From positions 32,001-96,000 of the forward strand of contig CAVYTU010000008.1 of the NCBI GenBank assembly GCA_963771465.1: a stretch of DNA of 64,000 nucleotides, given 5' to 3'. Made by a program: the position numbers and the translations under genes. The notes beneath the pieces were generated by a model, which was not told the DNA's origin, did not search any database, and saw only the letters and a program-made list of their open reading frames with translations. The DNA is from an uncultured delta proteobacterium. GTDB taxonomy: Bacteria; Desulfobacterota; Binatia; UBA9968. This document shows, in pieces, positions 20,521-31,213 of the stretch (position 1 is the stretch's first letter; each line of letters opens with the position of its first letter).

Positions 20521-20592
20521 ATAAGGGCCGGCTATTCACTCGGAGAATTCATTACTCATGACGAATTCCCGATAAAATAGCCGGCCTTTTAT
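20521..20592. terminator. Long hairpin between convergent genes, probable bidirectional terminator
   Basis: Arms ATAAGGGCCGGCTATT and AATAGCCGGCCTTTTAT, with an inner TCGGAGAATTC/GAATTCCCGA stem. Confidence 0.6.
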
Positions 20593-20624
20593 TTCACGAC
20601 GATGTTTTGCCCGAAAATTCAACC

Positions 20625-23600
20625 CTACTTCCCGTGGCAGCGCTTATATTTTTTGCCGCTGCCGCATGGACACAAATCGTTTCGGCCGACCTTATCGCCT
20701 TCACGCTTTTGTGGCGTAGTCGGACGCGCGGCGATGGGATCGTTGCCATGGCTCAATACGACCCTCTGGGGTTGCGGCTGTTCAATTTGAATTTCTTGCG
20801 CGGCAGTTTCGCGGGCCAGCTCAACGGTGAATAATTTTTGCACGACATCCTCTTGGACCCGCTGGTTCATCTCCTCGAACATGTCGTAACCCTCTTTCTG
20901 GTACTCTTGCAGAGGGTTTTTCTGGCCGTAACCGCGCAAACCGATGCCCTCTTTTAAATGGTCCATGTTGAGCAAATGGTCCTTCCACAGGGTATCGATG
21001 GTTTGCAGCAGGATAATCTTTTCGAGTTGGCGCATCATCGGCGCGCCAAATCGGCGCTCCTTGTCCTCGTAAACCGCAACAACCCGCTCAAGCGCGAGAT
21101 CGGACAAGCCTTCCGATCTCATCCCTTCAACTTCGTCGGTCTTGAGTTCCAGGCGCAGGTTAAATCGATGGTGGAATGCTTCGTTTAAGCCCGTTAAGTC
21201 CCAGTCGCTTGGATGAAGATCTTTGTCCACGTAACGCGCGACGATTTCCTCGCCAAGCTCCGCGGCCATATCGAGAACCGCTTCTTTCATACCCTCGCCC
21301 TTGAGAAATTCGCGCCGCTTGCTGTAAATCACTTCGCGCTGCTTGTTGAGCACATCGTCATATTCCAGCAAGTGTTTACGGATATCAAAGTTGTGGCCTT
21401 CGACCTTCTTTTGGGCATTCTCGATCGCCCGGGTCACCAGGCCGTGCTCGATCGGCTCGCCCTCTTCCATACCGAGCCGGCCCATGATGCCTTGGATACG
21501 GTCGGCACCGAAGATGCGCATCAAATCGTCTTCAAGGGAAAGATAGAAGCGCGATGAGCCGGGATCTCCCTGCCGTCCGGCCCGGCCGCGCAGCTGGTTA
21601 TCGATGCGCCGGCTTTCATGCCGTTCGGTGCCAAGAATATGGAGCCCGCCGGCGCCAACTACTTTGTGCTTCTCCTCAGCACACACACTGGTGTAATTCG
21701 CCAGAATTTCATCGAAGCGCTGGCGATACTCGTCCGGCGCCTTGTCCAATTGCTCGCGAATATCCTCGACCATGCGCAGATACTCTTGGCGTTTGGTTTC
21801 GTAGTTCTGCTGTGCCTGCTGAATCGCCTCCTCGTAGGGCTCGCGCACCGCTTCACAACGCACCTCGGCTTCCTCGAAGGCCCGATGAGCTTCAGCGAAT
21901 TCGCGCACCATTGGAGCATGCTCGCCGGTCGCCAGCACATCGAGAGCACTGGTAAACTCCAGGTCAATCAATCGTTGTTCATAGGAACGGCGCTTTTCGT
22001 CGAGGGCTTCCATCAGAACTTCGCGCTCGCCGCGCTGCTGTTGCCAGAGATCCAAAGTCGCGCTGAAATCTTCTTTCGCCTCGGTAAAATCAGCGGTCGC
22101 TGCCGCGCTGCTGCCGTTTTGCGCTCCCAGCACCGCCGTTTCAAACGCCTCTTTGGCGCGCAGGTAGCCCTCAGGGATTGGCCGCATATTGTGCAATGCT
22201 TCGATCAGCTCCGTGGCCGATAGATCTTCGTAACGCTCGCGCGCTTCGCGAAATGGCGAGATGCCGCGAATCTCTTTTTGCAATTCCGTGGTCCGTTTGA
22301 GCGCTTCGCCGCGTTGCTGATCGAAAGCCTCGCCCTCTTTATGCAACTTTTTTTCGGCGCGTTGAACTTCTTCGTCGTACTTCTCGCGCAACTCGCGCAG
22401 AGAATCTTCGTAGCGCGCCGCACCCTGAGTCGGCAGTTTCGAGGCCCGGTTGATCCACTCGTTTTCCATATCCGAGCGGGCCAGGAATTCCGGATTGCCG
22501 CCGAGCAAAATATCCGTGCCGCGGCCGGCCATGTTCGTCGCGATGGTCACGGCGTTGAATCGGCCCGCCTGAGCGATGATGCTCGCTTCGGCTTCGTGAT
22601 TGACCGCGTTCAAAACATTATGCTTCACACCCTGCTTCTTGAGCATGCGCGAGAGCTTCTCGGACTTGGCCACGGAGGTCGTGCCGACCAGAATCGGCTG
22701 GCCCTTTTTGCTGCGCTCCTCGATCTCCTGCACCACCGCCTCATATTTTTCGTTGTCGGTGCGGTAGACCACATCGGCGTTATCATCGCGCACCATTTCA
22801 CGATGGGTTGGGATCACGGTAACATCGAGCTTGTAGATTTTCTTAAACTCCGGCGCCTCGGTGTCGGCGGTGCCGGTCATGCCCGCCAACTTCTTATACA
22901 TGCGGAAATAGTTTTGAATCGTGATCGTCGCCAGAGTCTGGTTTTCCTCGCGAATATGCACGCGTTCCTTCGCCTCCACCGCTTGGTGCAAGCCGTCGGA
23001 CCAACGCCGCCCGGCCATCAAGCGGCCGGTGAACTCATCGACGATGATCACCTCGCCTTCCTTGACGACGTAGTCGACGTCGCGCTTGAAAATCGCGTGC
23101 GCTTTGAGCGCCTGCTGGACATGGTGCAAGGTGTCGATCTGACGCGGATCGTAGAGATTGTGGACACCGAGCAAACGCTCGACTTTGGCCACGCCGCCTT
23201 CGGTGAGTGTTACCGAGCGGCTCTTTTCGTCCACAGTATAATCGCCCTTGGCATCGATGGCGGCGCGGTCTTCCTGTGACGGATCGCCTTGAATCACCGC
23301 GCCGCGCTGAAGCTTGGGAATAATCCGGTCAATATTGTAATACTTGTCGGTGGATTCCTCCGCCGGCCCGGAGATAATCAGCGGCGTGCGCGCTTCGTCG
23401 ATCAGGATATTGTCGACTTCGTCGACCACGGCATAATTCAATTCGCGCTGGACGTATTCTTCCAGGGAGAATTTCATGTTGTCGCGCAGGTAATCGAAGC
23501 CAAACTCGTTGTTGGTGCCGTAGGTAATATCGGCGAGATAAGCTTCCTGGCGCGTGATCGGACGGAGATTCAAAAAGCGGTAATCCTTGGTTAGATAGGT

Positions 23601-24224
23601 CGGATCGAATAGAAAACTGGTCTCATGCACGATCGACGCCGTGCGCAGACCCAGCTTGTGAAAGATCGGACCCATCCATTGCACGTCGCGGCGCGCCAGA
23701 TAGTCGTTGACGGTGATCAGGTGCACGCCGCGCCCGGTGAGCGCGTTGAGATAAAGCGCTAGAGTCGCCACCAGCGTCTTGCCCTCGCCGGTTTTCATCT
23801 CGGCGATCTTGCCTTCGTGCAGCACCGCGCCGCCGATCATCTGCACGTCGAAATGGCGGAGCCCGATGGTGCGCCGCGACGCTTCGCGCACCGCCGCGAA
23901 CGCTTCGGGCAGCAGCTCTTGCAAAATCTCCGCCTCGACCTCGCGTATCTGCTTGTCTAACTCGTCGCTCTCAGTTTTGATCTCCTCGCGCCGCTCGCCG
24001 TCCGCCGTCGCCGCTTCTTCGAGCAGGTCGGCGAGTTCTTTTTGCAAAGGCGCGGTCGCTTCGACGATGCGCTGTTTAAATTGCTCGGTCTTGGCGCGCA
24101 GCTGGTCGTCGGTCAGACTTTTGAACTCGTCTTCGAATTTATTGATCTCGTCGACGTAAGGGCGAATGCGCTTGATCTCACGGTCATTCTTGGTGCCGAC
24201 GATCTTCTTGATAAAACTTAGCAT
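20625..24224 (-). CDS. secA: Preprotein translocase ATPase SecA with a large insertion
   Basis: [74 protein letters not shown] and C-terminal [14 protein letters not shown]. Confidence 0.98.
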   Translation of the reverse strand: MLSFIKKIVGTKNDREIKRIRPYVDEINKFEDEFKSLTDDQLRAKTEQFKQRIVEATAPLQKELADLLEEAATADGERREEIKTESDELDKQIREVEAEILQELLPEAFAAVREASRRTIGLRHFDVQMIGGAVLHEGKIAEMKTGEGKTLVATLALYLNALTGRGVHLITVNDYLARRDVQWMGPIFHKLGLRTASIVHETSFLFDPTYLTKDYRFLNLRPITRQEAYLADITYGTNNEFGFDYLRDNMKFSLEEYVQRELNYAVVDEVDNILIDEARTPLIISGPAEESTDKYYNIDRIIPKLQRGAVIQGDPSQEDRAAIDAKGDYTVDEKSRSVTLTEGGVAKVERLLGVHNLYDPRQIDTLHHVQQALKAHAIFKRDVDYVVKEGEVIIVDEFTGRLMAGRRWSDGLHQAVEAKERVHIREENQTLATITIQNYFRMYKKLAGMTGTADTEAPEFKKIYKLDVTVIPTHREMVRDDNADVVYRTDNEKYEAVVQEIEERSKKGQPILVGTTSVAKSEKLSRMLKKQGVKHNVLNAVNHEAEASIIAQAGRFNAVTIATNMAGRGTDILLGGNPEFLARSDMENEWINRASKLPTQGAARYEDSLRELREKYDEEVQRAEKKLHKEGEAFDQQRGEALKRTTELQKEIRGISPFREARERYEDLSATELIEALHNMRPIPEGYLRAKEAFETAVLGAQNGSSAAATADFTEAKEDFSATLDLWQQQRGEREVLMEALDEKRRSYEQRLIDLEFTSALDVLATGEHAPMVREFAEAHRAFEEAEVRCEAVREPYEEAIQQAQQNYETKRQEYLRMVEDIREQLDKAPDEYRQRFDEILANYTSVCAEEKHKVVGAGGLHILGTERHESRRIDNQLRGRAGRQGDPGSSRFYLSLEDDLMRIFGADRIQGIMGRLGMEEGEPIEHGLVTRAIENAQKKVEGHNFDIRKHLLEYDDVLNKQREVIYSKRREFLKGEGMKEAVLDMAAELGEEIVARYVDKDLHPSDWDLTGLNEAFHHRFNLRLELKTDEVEGMRSEGLSDLALERVVAVYEDKERRFGAPMMRQLEKIILLQTIDTLWKDHLLNMDHLKEGIGLRGYGQKNPLQEYQKEGYDMFEEMNQRVQEDVVQKLFTVELARETAAQEIQIEQPQPQRVVLSHGNDPIAARPTTPQKREGDKVGRNDLCPCGSGKKYKRCHGK

Positions 24225-24345
24225 GCGATGAATTCTCTCCCTGCTTAGGTCGAGGCGAGGCGCTACTCACGGCCGTAAACTATCAGCAAAATACACGATT
24301 TTGGCCGCAACTTAAAGCCATGACCGTTTCCGGCAACCCTCCTGC

Positions 24346-25149
24346 TCAACGCTCGATGCGCACCGCCGATTCAACTTTTTCGCCAAGAAAGCGCCGACCG
24401 ACTTTGATGAAACGATCCGGTGCGTCGGTGACAAAAAAGCTGTGAGCGCCTTTACCGGTTTTGCGTGCCAGCGATGGCTTTTCTAAGCGCCAATTCCACT
24501 TCTTTGGCGGTTTCCTCAGCGGAGTCGACCAAGCCGAACCGTGTTGCCCAAATATTTCCGAATCGCTTTCTTGAGCAGCGGATAGTGCGTGCAGCCGAGA
24601 ATCAGCGTATCGATGCCGCTTTGCTTGAAACTGCCAAGATACGCCTTGACCGTCATTTCGACGACCGCATTGTCGGTCCAACCTTCTTCAACCAGCGGTA
24701 CCAACAGCGGGCAAGCGCGGCTGTAAACTTCGATGGCCGAATCCGCCGCCTTGAGCGCGCGCGTATAAGCGCCGCTTTGGATCGTCGCTTCGGTGCCGAT
24801 GACACCGACGCGTCTTATTTTTGGTGCTCTTGGCCGCTCGCCTGACGCCGGGCTCGATCACGCCGACCACCGGAATCGTCAACTGCTCCTGCAAGCGGCT
24901 CAGCGCGATGGCCGTCGACGTGTTGCACGCGACGACGACAATCTTGACGCCCTTGTCGACGAGAAACTGGCTATTTTCAAATGAGTAGCGCAGCACCGTC
25001 TCCACCGACTTGGTGCCGTACGGCGCGCGCGCCGTGTCGCCCAGGTAGACGGTATTTTCCTTCGGCAGCGTCTCGATGATTTGATGCAAGACTGTCAAGC
25101 CGCCGATGCCGGAGTCGAAGACGCCGATGGCGCTGTCTTTGCCGGTCAT
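24346..25149 (-). CDS. murI: Glutamate racemase, interrupted by three apparent single-base frameshifts (near 24815, 24530 and 24480)
   Basis: GVFDSGIGGL, PYGTKS, VACNTST, LILGCTHYPLL, VDSAEETA and FFVTDAPDRF occur in successive frames; ATGA overlap with the upstream stop. Confidence 0.88.
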
Positions 25150-26255
25150 AGCCAAGCGGACTCGGCGCTCGGCGCCATTTCATTGCCGAGTTCTTTTTCA
25201 CATGCGGGAGCATAGCCGAACACCTGTTGCCACACTTCTTTGGATTCCATGCAGAGATAAATCTTCACGGTCGGCGCGGCGCGGCGAATCCAGCCGACCA
25301 TCTTGCGATACATCTCGACGCGCAACGGCTGGAAATAGCGCAGCTTGCCGTCCGGGCAAAGCACCTGCTCGCCGGTCAAGAGCTGAGTCCGGGGGAATCG
25401 CTCGCGCATCGTGCGCTTCAAGCCCGGCGTAGTGCGCAGCACGCCCAAACTCAGCCAAGACAAACGCTGCCAATCGATGGTCGCAAACAATTCCTCGATC
25501 ATCGCTTGATAGTCCTTCTCCCAGCCGGGATATTCGATCATCGGGTCAAAGTGAAAGCCCAATCTATAGCCGGCGGCTTGGCAGCGCCGCGCCGCGTTCA
25601 GCCGCTCGTTGAATGAAGCGGTGTCGGCCTCGTCCCAGTCGATTACCCGCTGCGGATTCATCGACCAGGCGACCACGATCCGTCCTTTAGGATCGAAATC
25701 GAGCAGGCTATCGACGCAGTCGCTCTTGGTTTTAAGCTCGAGCAAAACATTCGGCTGTTCGACGAAATAAGGCATCAGCGCGCCGACCATGCCGGTCAGC
25801 GGCTCCAGCGCCAAGCTGTCGGTGATTTCGCCGGTGCCGACGCGAAAAAACATGTTGCGATGTTTTCTTAATACATGATCCGCTTCATCGATGAGGTCGC
25901 CGACGTTACTGAACACGGTGAGATCTGAATTGTCCGCCAGATACTCCTGCAAGTAACAGTAACTGCAATCCATCGGGCAGTTGCTGGCGAAGTTGATGAC
26001 GAAATAGTTGCAGCACACCTGGCCGTCGCTGCCCGGACATTTCTTGAAGAACTCGCCTTTGTGTTTGGCTAGATAAAGTTTCCTTTTCGCCGTCCCAAAG
26101 CGATCCATCGTCGATGATGGATCGCCATTGCGCCGCGCAACTTCATCGACGAACCTGAACGGAACATTCGGCAAATTGTGGCGCAAGTTGCGGTAGATCG
26201 GGCTGGCTTCCGAACCTTGCTCGACGACCACTTCCTCGGGTTGAAAAGGTTTCAT
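25146..26255 (-). CDS. Spore photoproduct lyase (SplB)-like radical SAM protein
   Basis: NCPMDCSYCYLQ (CxxxCxxC), GTGEITDSL, ELKTKS, GFHFDP, DGKLRYF and YLCME motifs. Confidence 0.85.
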   Translation of the reverse strand: MKPFQPEEVVVEQGSEASPIYRNLRHNLPNVPFRFVDEVARRNGDPSSTMDRFGTAKRKLYLAKHKGEFFKKCPGSDGQVCCNYFVINFASNCPMDCSYCYLQEYLADNSDLTVFSNVGDLIDEADHVLRKHRNMFFRVGTGEITDSLALEPLTGMVGALMPYFVEQPNVLLELKTKSDCVDSLLDFDPKGRIVVAWSMNPQRVIDWDEADTASFNERLNAARRCQAAGYRLGFHFDPMIEYPGWEKDYQAMIEELFATIDWQRLSWLSLGVLRTTPGLKRTMRERFPRTQLLTGEQVLCPDGKLRYFQPLRVEMYRKMVGWIRRAAPTVKIYLCMESKEVWQQVFGYAPACEKELGNEMAPSAESAWL

Positions 26256-26259
26256 CGGT

Positions 26260-26799
26260 TTACTTACTTGAATGGCCGGCCAAAAGATCGAATATTTCCG
26301 GCATGCTAGCCTTGTCCGTCGCCTCGGTCAATTTGCTCGCGAGCTGTTTAAGCTCGGCATGGTTCGCCACTGAAAACTCGACCCGTAGTTGGCCGCCTTC
26401 CAATCCCGGCGGCACGCTCATTCGAATCTCGGGGTGAAGCTTCAACTCCTGAATTTTCGCGCGAATCGAATCTTCGGTCTCAGCCAACCTGGGAAACCTG
26501 AGCCGGCGAATCTGCTCTTTGATCCGCTTGAGCCGGTCAGCGCGGCCGAGGCGCGGATCGGTTGCGCTGTCATCGATCGCCTTACTAGTTAAGATCGCGT
26601 GAATACTCTGCCCATCGCGGAGCGAAATTTCTTCGAGCCAATCCATCAGATCGCGCAGGTGATTCTCGCTGACCTTGAGGGTGCAAGCGAGCCGCGCCAG
26701 TGCGTCCGCATCATCAGGCTGCCAGTTAAGCCAGCGCTCCAGCGTCTGCGGGTGAAAGCCTTTCGTCGTCGAGTAGTCGCGGATTTCCTTCTCCGACAT
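26260..26799 (-). CDS. Hypothetical helical protein coupled to the SPL-like gene (resembles the C-terminal part of ParB-like proteins)
   Basis: AGGAG RBS before MSEKEIRDY; RRLRFPRL and PPGLEG motifs; stop lies 4 bp from the radical SAM start. Confidence 0.6.
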   Translation of the reverse strand: MSEKEIRDYSTTKGFHPQTLERWLNWQPDDADALARLACTLKVSENHLRDLMDWLEEISLRDGQSIHAILTSKAIDDSATDPRLGRADRLKRIKEQIRRLRFPRLAETEDSIRAKIQELKLHPEIRMSVPPGLEGGQLRVEFSVANHAELKQLASKLTEATDKASMPEIFDLLAGHSSK

Positions 26800-27649
26800 G
26801 TTGCTCCTGCGTAAACTCCGCCACGATATCTTCGTAAGCCTGGCGTCACGCGTTTTGCCACGTTTGCGCGCGCCCGATGCTAAAACCTCAACTTTGCGCC
26901 GCAGAGCGGCAATCGCCGCCTCTCGCCGGCTGCCGTCAAGCCCCGAACGCAAAAGTTTTTGCAACGCCAACACGCGGTAACGATCCATGCCCCAAAGCGA
27001 GCGAGACAGTTGATTGGCGTGGCCGCCGCGCTTGGTCACCAGCGCGTCATCGATCAAGGCAACGGAATGATTGAGCGCGATACGCAGCCAAAGGTCGTAG
27101 TCTTCGCACACCGGCAAACTCTCGTCGAAGCCGCCGACTCGTTCAAACAATTCACGGGTCAGCATCACCGCCGACGGACTCACCAGGCAAAGTTCCAAGC
27201 TCGCAATGAAAATATCCCCCGATGGTTTGCGATGTTTAGCTTTTGGATTGACCCTGACGCCGTCACGAATCCAAGTTTCTTCAGTCTGGCAAATGCGCAC
27301 GCTCGGATGCTGCTCCATGAAGGCAACTTGGATCGCCAGCTTATTCGGCAGCCAGAGATCGTCCGAATCGAGAAACGCTAAATAGCATCCGCGCGCATGG
27401 CGAACTGCTAAATTGCGCGCCGCCGAGACCCCCCGATTAGGCTGTTTCAAGATCACGCAGCCTGGAGCCGAATTGGGCTAGCTGCTCAGCCGTGTCATCG
27501 GTCGAGCCGTCATCAACCACGATGAGCTCGAAGTCGCCGTAGCTCTGTACCAACACCGACTCGATGGCTGCACCGACCAGCGGCCAGCGGTTAAATGTGG
27601 GAATGATGACGCTTACGGTTGGCGACACAGGATGGCTCGAACTGCGCAT
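26726..27649 (-). CDS. Family 2 glycosyltransferase with two apparent frameshifts (near 27456 and 26840)
   Basis: VSVIIPTFNR, VVDDGSTD, NRGVSAARN, AFLDSDDLW, CEDYDLWLR and KRGGHANQLS motifs split across frames. Confidence 0.8.
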
Positions 27650-27675
27650 GGCGCTCAAGCTGACTTGCTAAAGCG

Positions 27676-28107
27676 CTAAACAAACGACTCCACTTTTTTA
27701 AAAAACTGCTCCGCCATCATCTTGGCGACACCGTTCAGCATGCGCTGGCCGACGCTGGCGATCAGGCCGCCGATCTTGGGGTCGGTGCTGTATTTGAGCA
27801 CCGTCTGACCATTGCTCTCTTCAAGATCGATCGCCACGTCCCCCTGCATGAAGCCGGGGCCGCCCGAGCCTTCGCCGCTCAACACGTAATGCGTCGGCGC
27901 CTGTTTGTCTTTGATCGCGACTTTGCCTTTATAAGTTCCCTTGACCGAAGCGACGCCGACTTTCATGACCGTCTCATATCTATCCGGCGCCACTTCATTC
28001 ATGCTCTCACAGCCTGGCATGCACTGGGCCATGATTTTTGGGTCGAGCAAGACCTGCCAAACTCGCTCCCGCGGCGCGTTAAACGTGTAGCTACCTTCGA
28101 TCTTCAA
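27676..28107 (-). CDS. coxG: CoxG / SRPBCC family protein
   Basis: APRERVWQVLLDP..MAQCMPGCE and IGGLIASVGQRML..VAK..AEQFF motifs; GGAGG RBS, TTG start. Confidence 0.82.
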   Translation of the reverse strand: MKIEGSYTFNAPRERVWQVLLDPKIMAQCMPGCESMNEVAPDRYETVMKVGVASVKGTYKGKVAIKDKQAPTHYVLSGEGSGGPGFMQGDVAIDLEESNGQTVLKYSTDPKIGGLIASVGQRMLNGVAKMMAEQFFKKVESFV

Positions 28108-28272
28108 CCCAGCTAGCCTCCTATTTCGTCAGGTGAGAATTGGCAAAAACCATAACGTTCATCCGGCGAAAACACAACCAGTCCTGCGAGCGGACCCAGC
28201 CTTGAAGCAAAACCAGATTCGCGGCCGTTTGATTGAATCCCGGCTCGCCCTTGTTTACACTCTAGATGTCTA

Positions 28273-30318
28273 ATGGCCTATCTGCTTTCCTTACTTCTCT
28301 TATTGGCAGCCTGCGCCGGTCTGCCGCGATTTCTCCTCGCCCAGTCTCAGGATTCACGCGAGGAATTCGCTAGAGCCTATCTGCTCTATACCAACGGCAA
28401 GCCCGCTCAGGCCAAAGAGCTATTTCAATCATCCATCGAGAGCGGCTATCGCCTCGCCGACTACAGCCTCTATTACATGGCGCGTCTGGCTCACGACGAA
28501 TCCAATTGGGAGCAATCGCGCAAACACTTGACAGAACTTCGCCGAGGCTTTCCGCACAGCGTGTGGTACCGGCCCGCCGCTTTGCTGCTGGCGAAAGCCG
28601 ACATCGCCGAAAAAAAGTTCGCGCCGGCCGCTCACGCCCTGCGACAGCTCCGTAGCGACAAGTCGGCGCCGCGCGAGATCGCCGATGAAGCGCAGTTTAT
28701 CCAAGCTCAGCTTCACGAAGCGCAAAGCGATGTCGGCCGGGCCTATTCTATGTATCGGGAGTTGCGCAACGGCTCGCCTGGTTCGCGTTGGGCGGCGGCG
28801 GCGCGCAAGGAACAGGCTCGCCTGCGCGGCAAGTTTCCCGACCAGTTCGCGCTGACGACCATCGAAGCCCAAGCCGAGGAAGCCGACCGCTTGGCGCGCG
28901 AGCGCCAAAGCAAAGATGCCGAAGTGCTCTACAAGAAAATACTCGATAACATCTCCGAGCCGGCGCCGCGGCTGCGTTACCTCGCCAAGCTTGCGGAATT
29001 GCATCTTTCAACGGGAAGCCGAAACGAAGCGATGCCGATTCTCGAACAGATCGCGCGCGACTTTCCCGACAGCGCGGAAGCACCGAAAGCGTTGTACCAG
29101 ATCGGGCAAATCTATTGGAATCGCCACGAGAACGGCCGCGCCCTCGACTATTTCAAAACTCTTTTGGAAAAATATCCGGCGGGCGATTTTAGCGACCGGG
29201 CGCTGTTTGCCAGTGCCGATATTCATGAGTATTTCGGCCGTAAGGACGAAGCCATTAGTTTTTACGAAAAGGTGCAGAAGCAATTTTCCAAGAGCCAGGT
29301 GCGCGATGATGCCGCTTGGAGACTTGCTTGGCTTTATTACCGAAGCGGGGAATTGCCGCTGGCTCAATTAGCGTTCCGCTCATTGTTGGCGCAATCCCGA
29401 AACGGCCCATTTGCAACCGCGGCACTTTACTGGCAAGCGCGTATCGCCGAACGTTTAGGCGAAACTGAAATGGCGACGCAATTGCACCGCCAGATCGTCA
29501 ACGGCGGCGAGGAATCCTACTATCAGGTGCTTTCGCTGCGCGGTTTGGAACGGTTAGGCGTGCCCAACGAAGTCGTCAAAACGGCTCAGCCTACACTCGT
29601 TGCGGAACCCGACCCGCCGCTGCGCGCCGAGCTGATGTTTCACCTTTCGCGGTCACGGGAGCTCGCGGCGATATCGCTGCATTCGCTAGCGGTCATCGAG
29701 CTTGATGAAGTGAACCGCCAAAGCAGACCGCAGGATCGTTTGCGTCCGTTGCTCATGCGCGAATATTTTAACAGCCAGGCTTATGGACGAAGTTTAAGTT
29801 TGGCCCAGCAGCTGCCCTTTTCCCAAAGCGAGCGCGATATTTACCGCTATCCGCTGGCGTATTGGGATTTGATCCAGCAGAAAACTCAAGAGCGCGGCCT
29901 CGATCCGCATCTCGTCTTGGCGCTGATCCGCCAGGAAAGTTTGTTCAACGCGCGTGCCCGCTCGCCCGCCGCCGCGCTGGGTTTGATGCAACTGATTCCA
30001 CCCACCGCTGCGCGCGTCGCCAAGCAGATCGGCCTACCCGCGCCGACCCAGGAAAAACTATTCGAGCCGGAACTGAATATCACTCTTGGCACACAGTATC
30101 TGAAAGACCTGATGGAGCGCTATTCGAACAATTGGTTCAAGGCGATCGCCGCCTACAACGCCGGCGAAGCCGCGGTTGACCGCTGGGAGAAAGAAATCTT
30201 GACCGACGATATCGAAGAGTTCGTCGAACGCATCCCCTATCTCGAAACCCGCGGCTATGTGAAGCTCGTGCTGCGCAACCATCGCATCTACAAACGTCTC
30301 TACGAACCGACCCAATGA
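28273..30318 (+). CDS. Soluble lytic murein transglycosylase with TPR repeats (Slt-like)
   Basis: Signal peptide, TPR repeats, LIRQESLF, ALGLMQL, AAYNAG and IPYLETRGYVK motifs. Confidence 0.9.
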   Translation: MAYLLSLLLLLAACAGLPRFLLAQSQDSREEFARAYLLYTNGKPAQAKELFQSSIESGYRLADYSLYYMARLAHDESNWEQSRKHLTELRRGFPHSVWYRPAALLLAKADIAEKKFAPAAHALRQLRSDKSAPREIADEAQFIQAQLHEAQSDVGRAYSMYRELRNGSPGSRWAAAARKEQARLRGKFPDQFALTTIEAQAEEADRLARERQSKDAEVLYKKILDNISEPAPRLRYLAKLAELHLSTGSRNEAMPILEQIARDFPDSAEAPKALYQIGQIYWNRHENGRALDYFKTLLEKYPAGDFSDRALFASADIHEYFGRKDEAISFYEKVQKQFSKSQVRDDAAWRLAWLYYRSGELPLAQLAFRSLLAQSRNGPFATAALYWQARIAERLGETEMATQLHRQIVNGGEESYYQVLSLRGLERLGVPNEVVKTAQPTLVAEPDPPLRAELMFHLSRSRELAAISLHSLAVIELDEVNRQSRPQDRLRPLLMREYFNSQAYGRSLSLAQQLPFSQSERDIYRYPLAYWDLIQQKTQERGLDPHLVLALIRQESLFNARARSPAAALGLMQLIPPTAARVAKQIGLPAPTQEKLFEPELNITLGTQYLKDLMERYSNNWFKAIAAYNAGEAAVDRWEKEILTDDIEEFVERIPYLETRGYVKLVLRNHRIYKRLYEPTQ

Positions 30319-31052
30319 GCAACAGGTACTCGCCCGTAATCGGCATCACCGCCGACTTCGCCGAAGGCAATGCCCAGAAAAAAAGCGAGGCAACGTTATT
30401 TCTCGCCCAACGGTATTACCGCGCTGTCGAACAAGCCGGCGCGACACCGCTAATTTTACCGCCATTGAGCTCCAGTCCGGCAATCCGCCGCGCGCTAGAA
30501 TTGCTCGATGGCCTGATCATCAGTGGCGGCGGCTTCGATATCCATCCAAGCTATTATGGCGAGAAGCCGATCCATGAGCTCGGCCTCGTCAAAGCCGAGC
30601 GCACCGAATTCGAGCTCGACATCGCCCTGGCGGCGTTAAAAAAAGATTTACCTGTGCTCGGCATCTGCGGCGGTGAGCAAGCGCTCAACGTCGTGCTCGG
30701 TGGCTCGCTTTACCAAGACATCGCCGTGCAAGTGCCCACTGCGGGGGAACACCAACAAAGCAAAAACAAGACTGAAGGCGGGCATCGAGTGACGATTTCC
30801 GACGGAACGCGACTGCGCGCCATCGTTGGTCGATCGAGCCTTGAGGTCAACACCACGCATCATCAAGCGGTCAAACAGCTCGGCAAGGGTTTGATCGCCG
30901 ACGCCATCGCGGACGACGGGTTAATCGAAGGGATCGAAGCCACGCACCACCGTTTTGTGATCGGCGTGCAGTGGCACCCCGAAGTTTTGGCGCCACGACG
31001 CCGAGCCCACCGGCGCATCTTCGACGCCTTCGTCACGGCCTGCAGATCATAG
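30315..31052 (+). CDS. Class I glutamine amidotransferase, peptidase C26 / PuuD family
   Basis: PVIGIT, GLIISGG, LGICGG, VNTTHHQ and GVQWHPE motifs. Confidence 0.88.
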   Translation: MSNRYSPVIGITADFAEGNAQKKSEATLFLAQRYYRAVEQAGATPLILPPLSSSPAIRRALELLDGLIISGGGFDIHPSYYGEKPIHELGLVKAERTEFELDIALAALKKDLPVLGICGGEQALNVVLGGSLYQDIAVQVPTAGEHQQSKNKTEGGHRVTISDGTRLRAIVGRSSLEVNTTHHQAVKQLGKGLIADAIADDGLIEGIEATHHRFVIGVQWHPEVLAPRRRAHRRIFDAFVTACRS

Positions 31053-31065
31053 AAGAATTTCCTTT

Positions 31066-31123
31066 TTCGCCCGACGATCACGAAGACCGGAGCATAGTTC
31101 ATTACTTCGTGTCTTCGTCGTGA
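31066..31123. repeat. Degenerate CACGAAG/CTTCGTG palindromic intergenic element
   Basis: CACGAAGAC...CTTCGTGTCTTCGTCGTG, related to the element at 58345-58426. Confidence 0.5.
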
Positions 31124-31213
31124 ATGCGACCTTTTCCCCGAATTACCGCTGGTTGAAATATTGCCCCAGCTGGGGCAAACAGGAGAACAATCCTTAGCAC
31201 AAGGAGTTCAGTC

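Noticed and set aside
21660-22490. SecA insertion as an intein
   Set aside because: No N-terminal Cys/Ser block, no terminal His-Asn followed by Cys/Ser/Thr and no LAGLIDADG motif; the composition is helical and coiled-coil-like.
26260-27456. Apparent 398-aa GT2-orphan fusion in the ORF track
   Set aside because: A frame change near 26840 restores a plausible GT2 C-terminus, and the orphan has its own AGGAG RBS and ATG at 26799.
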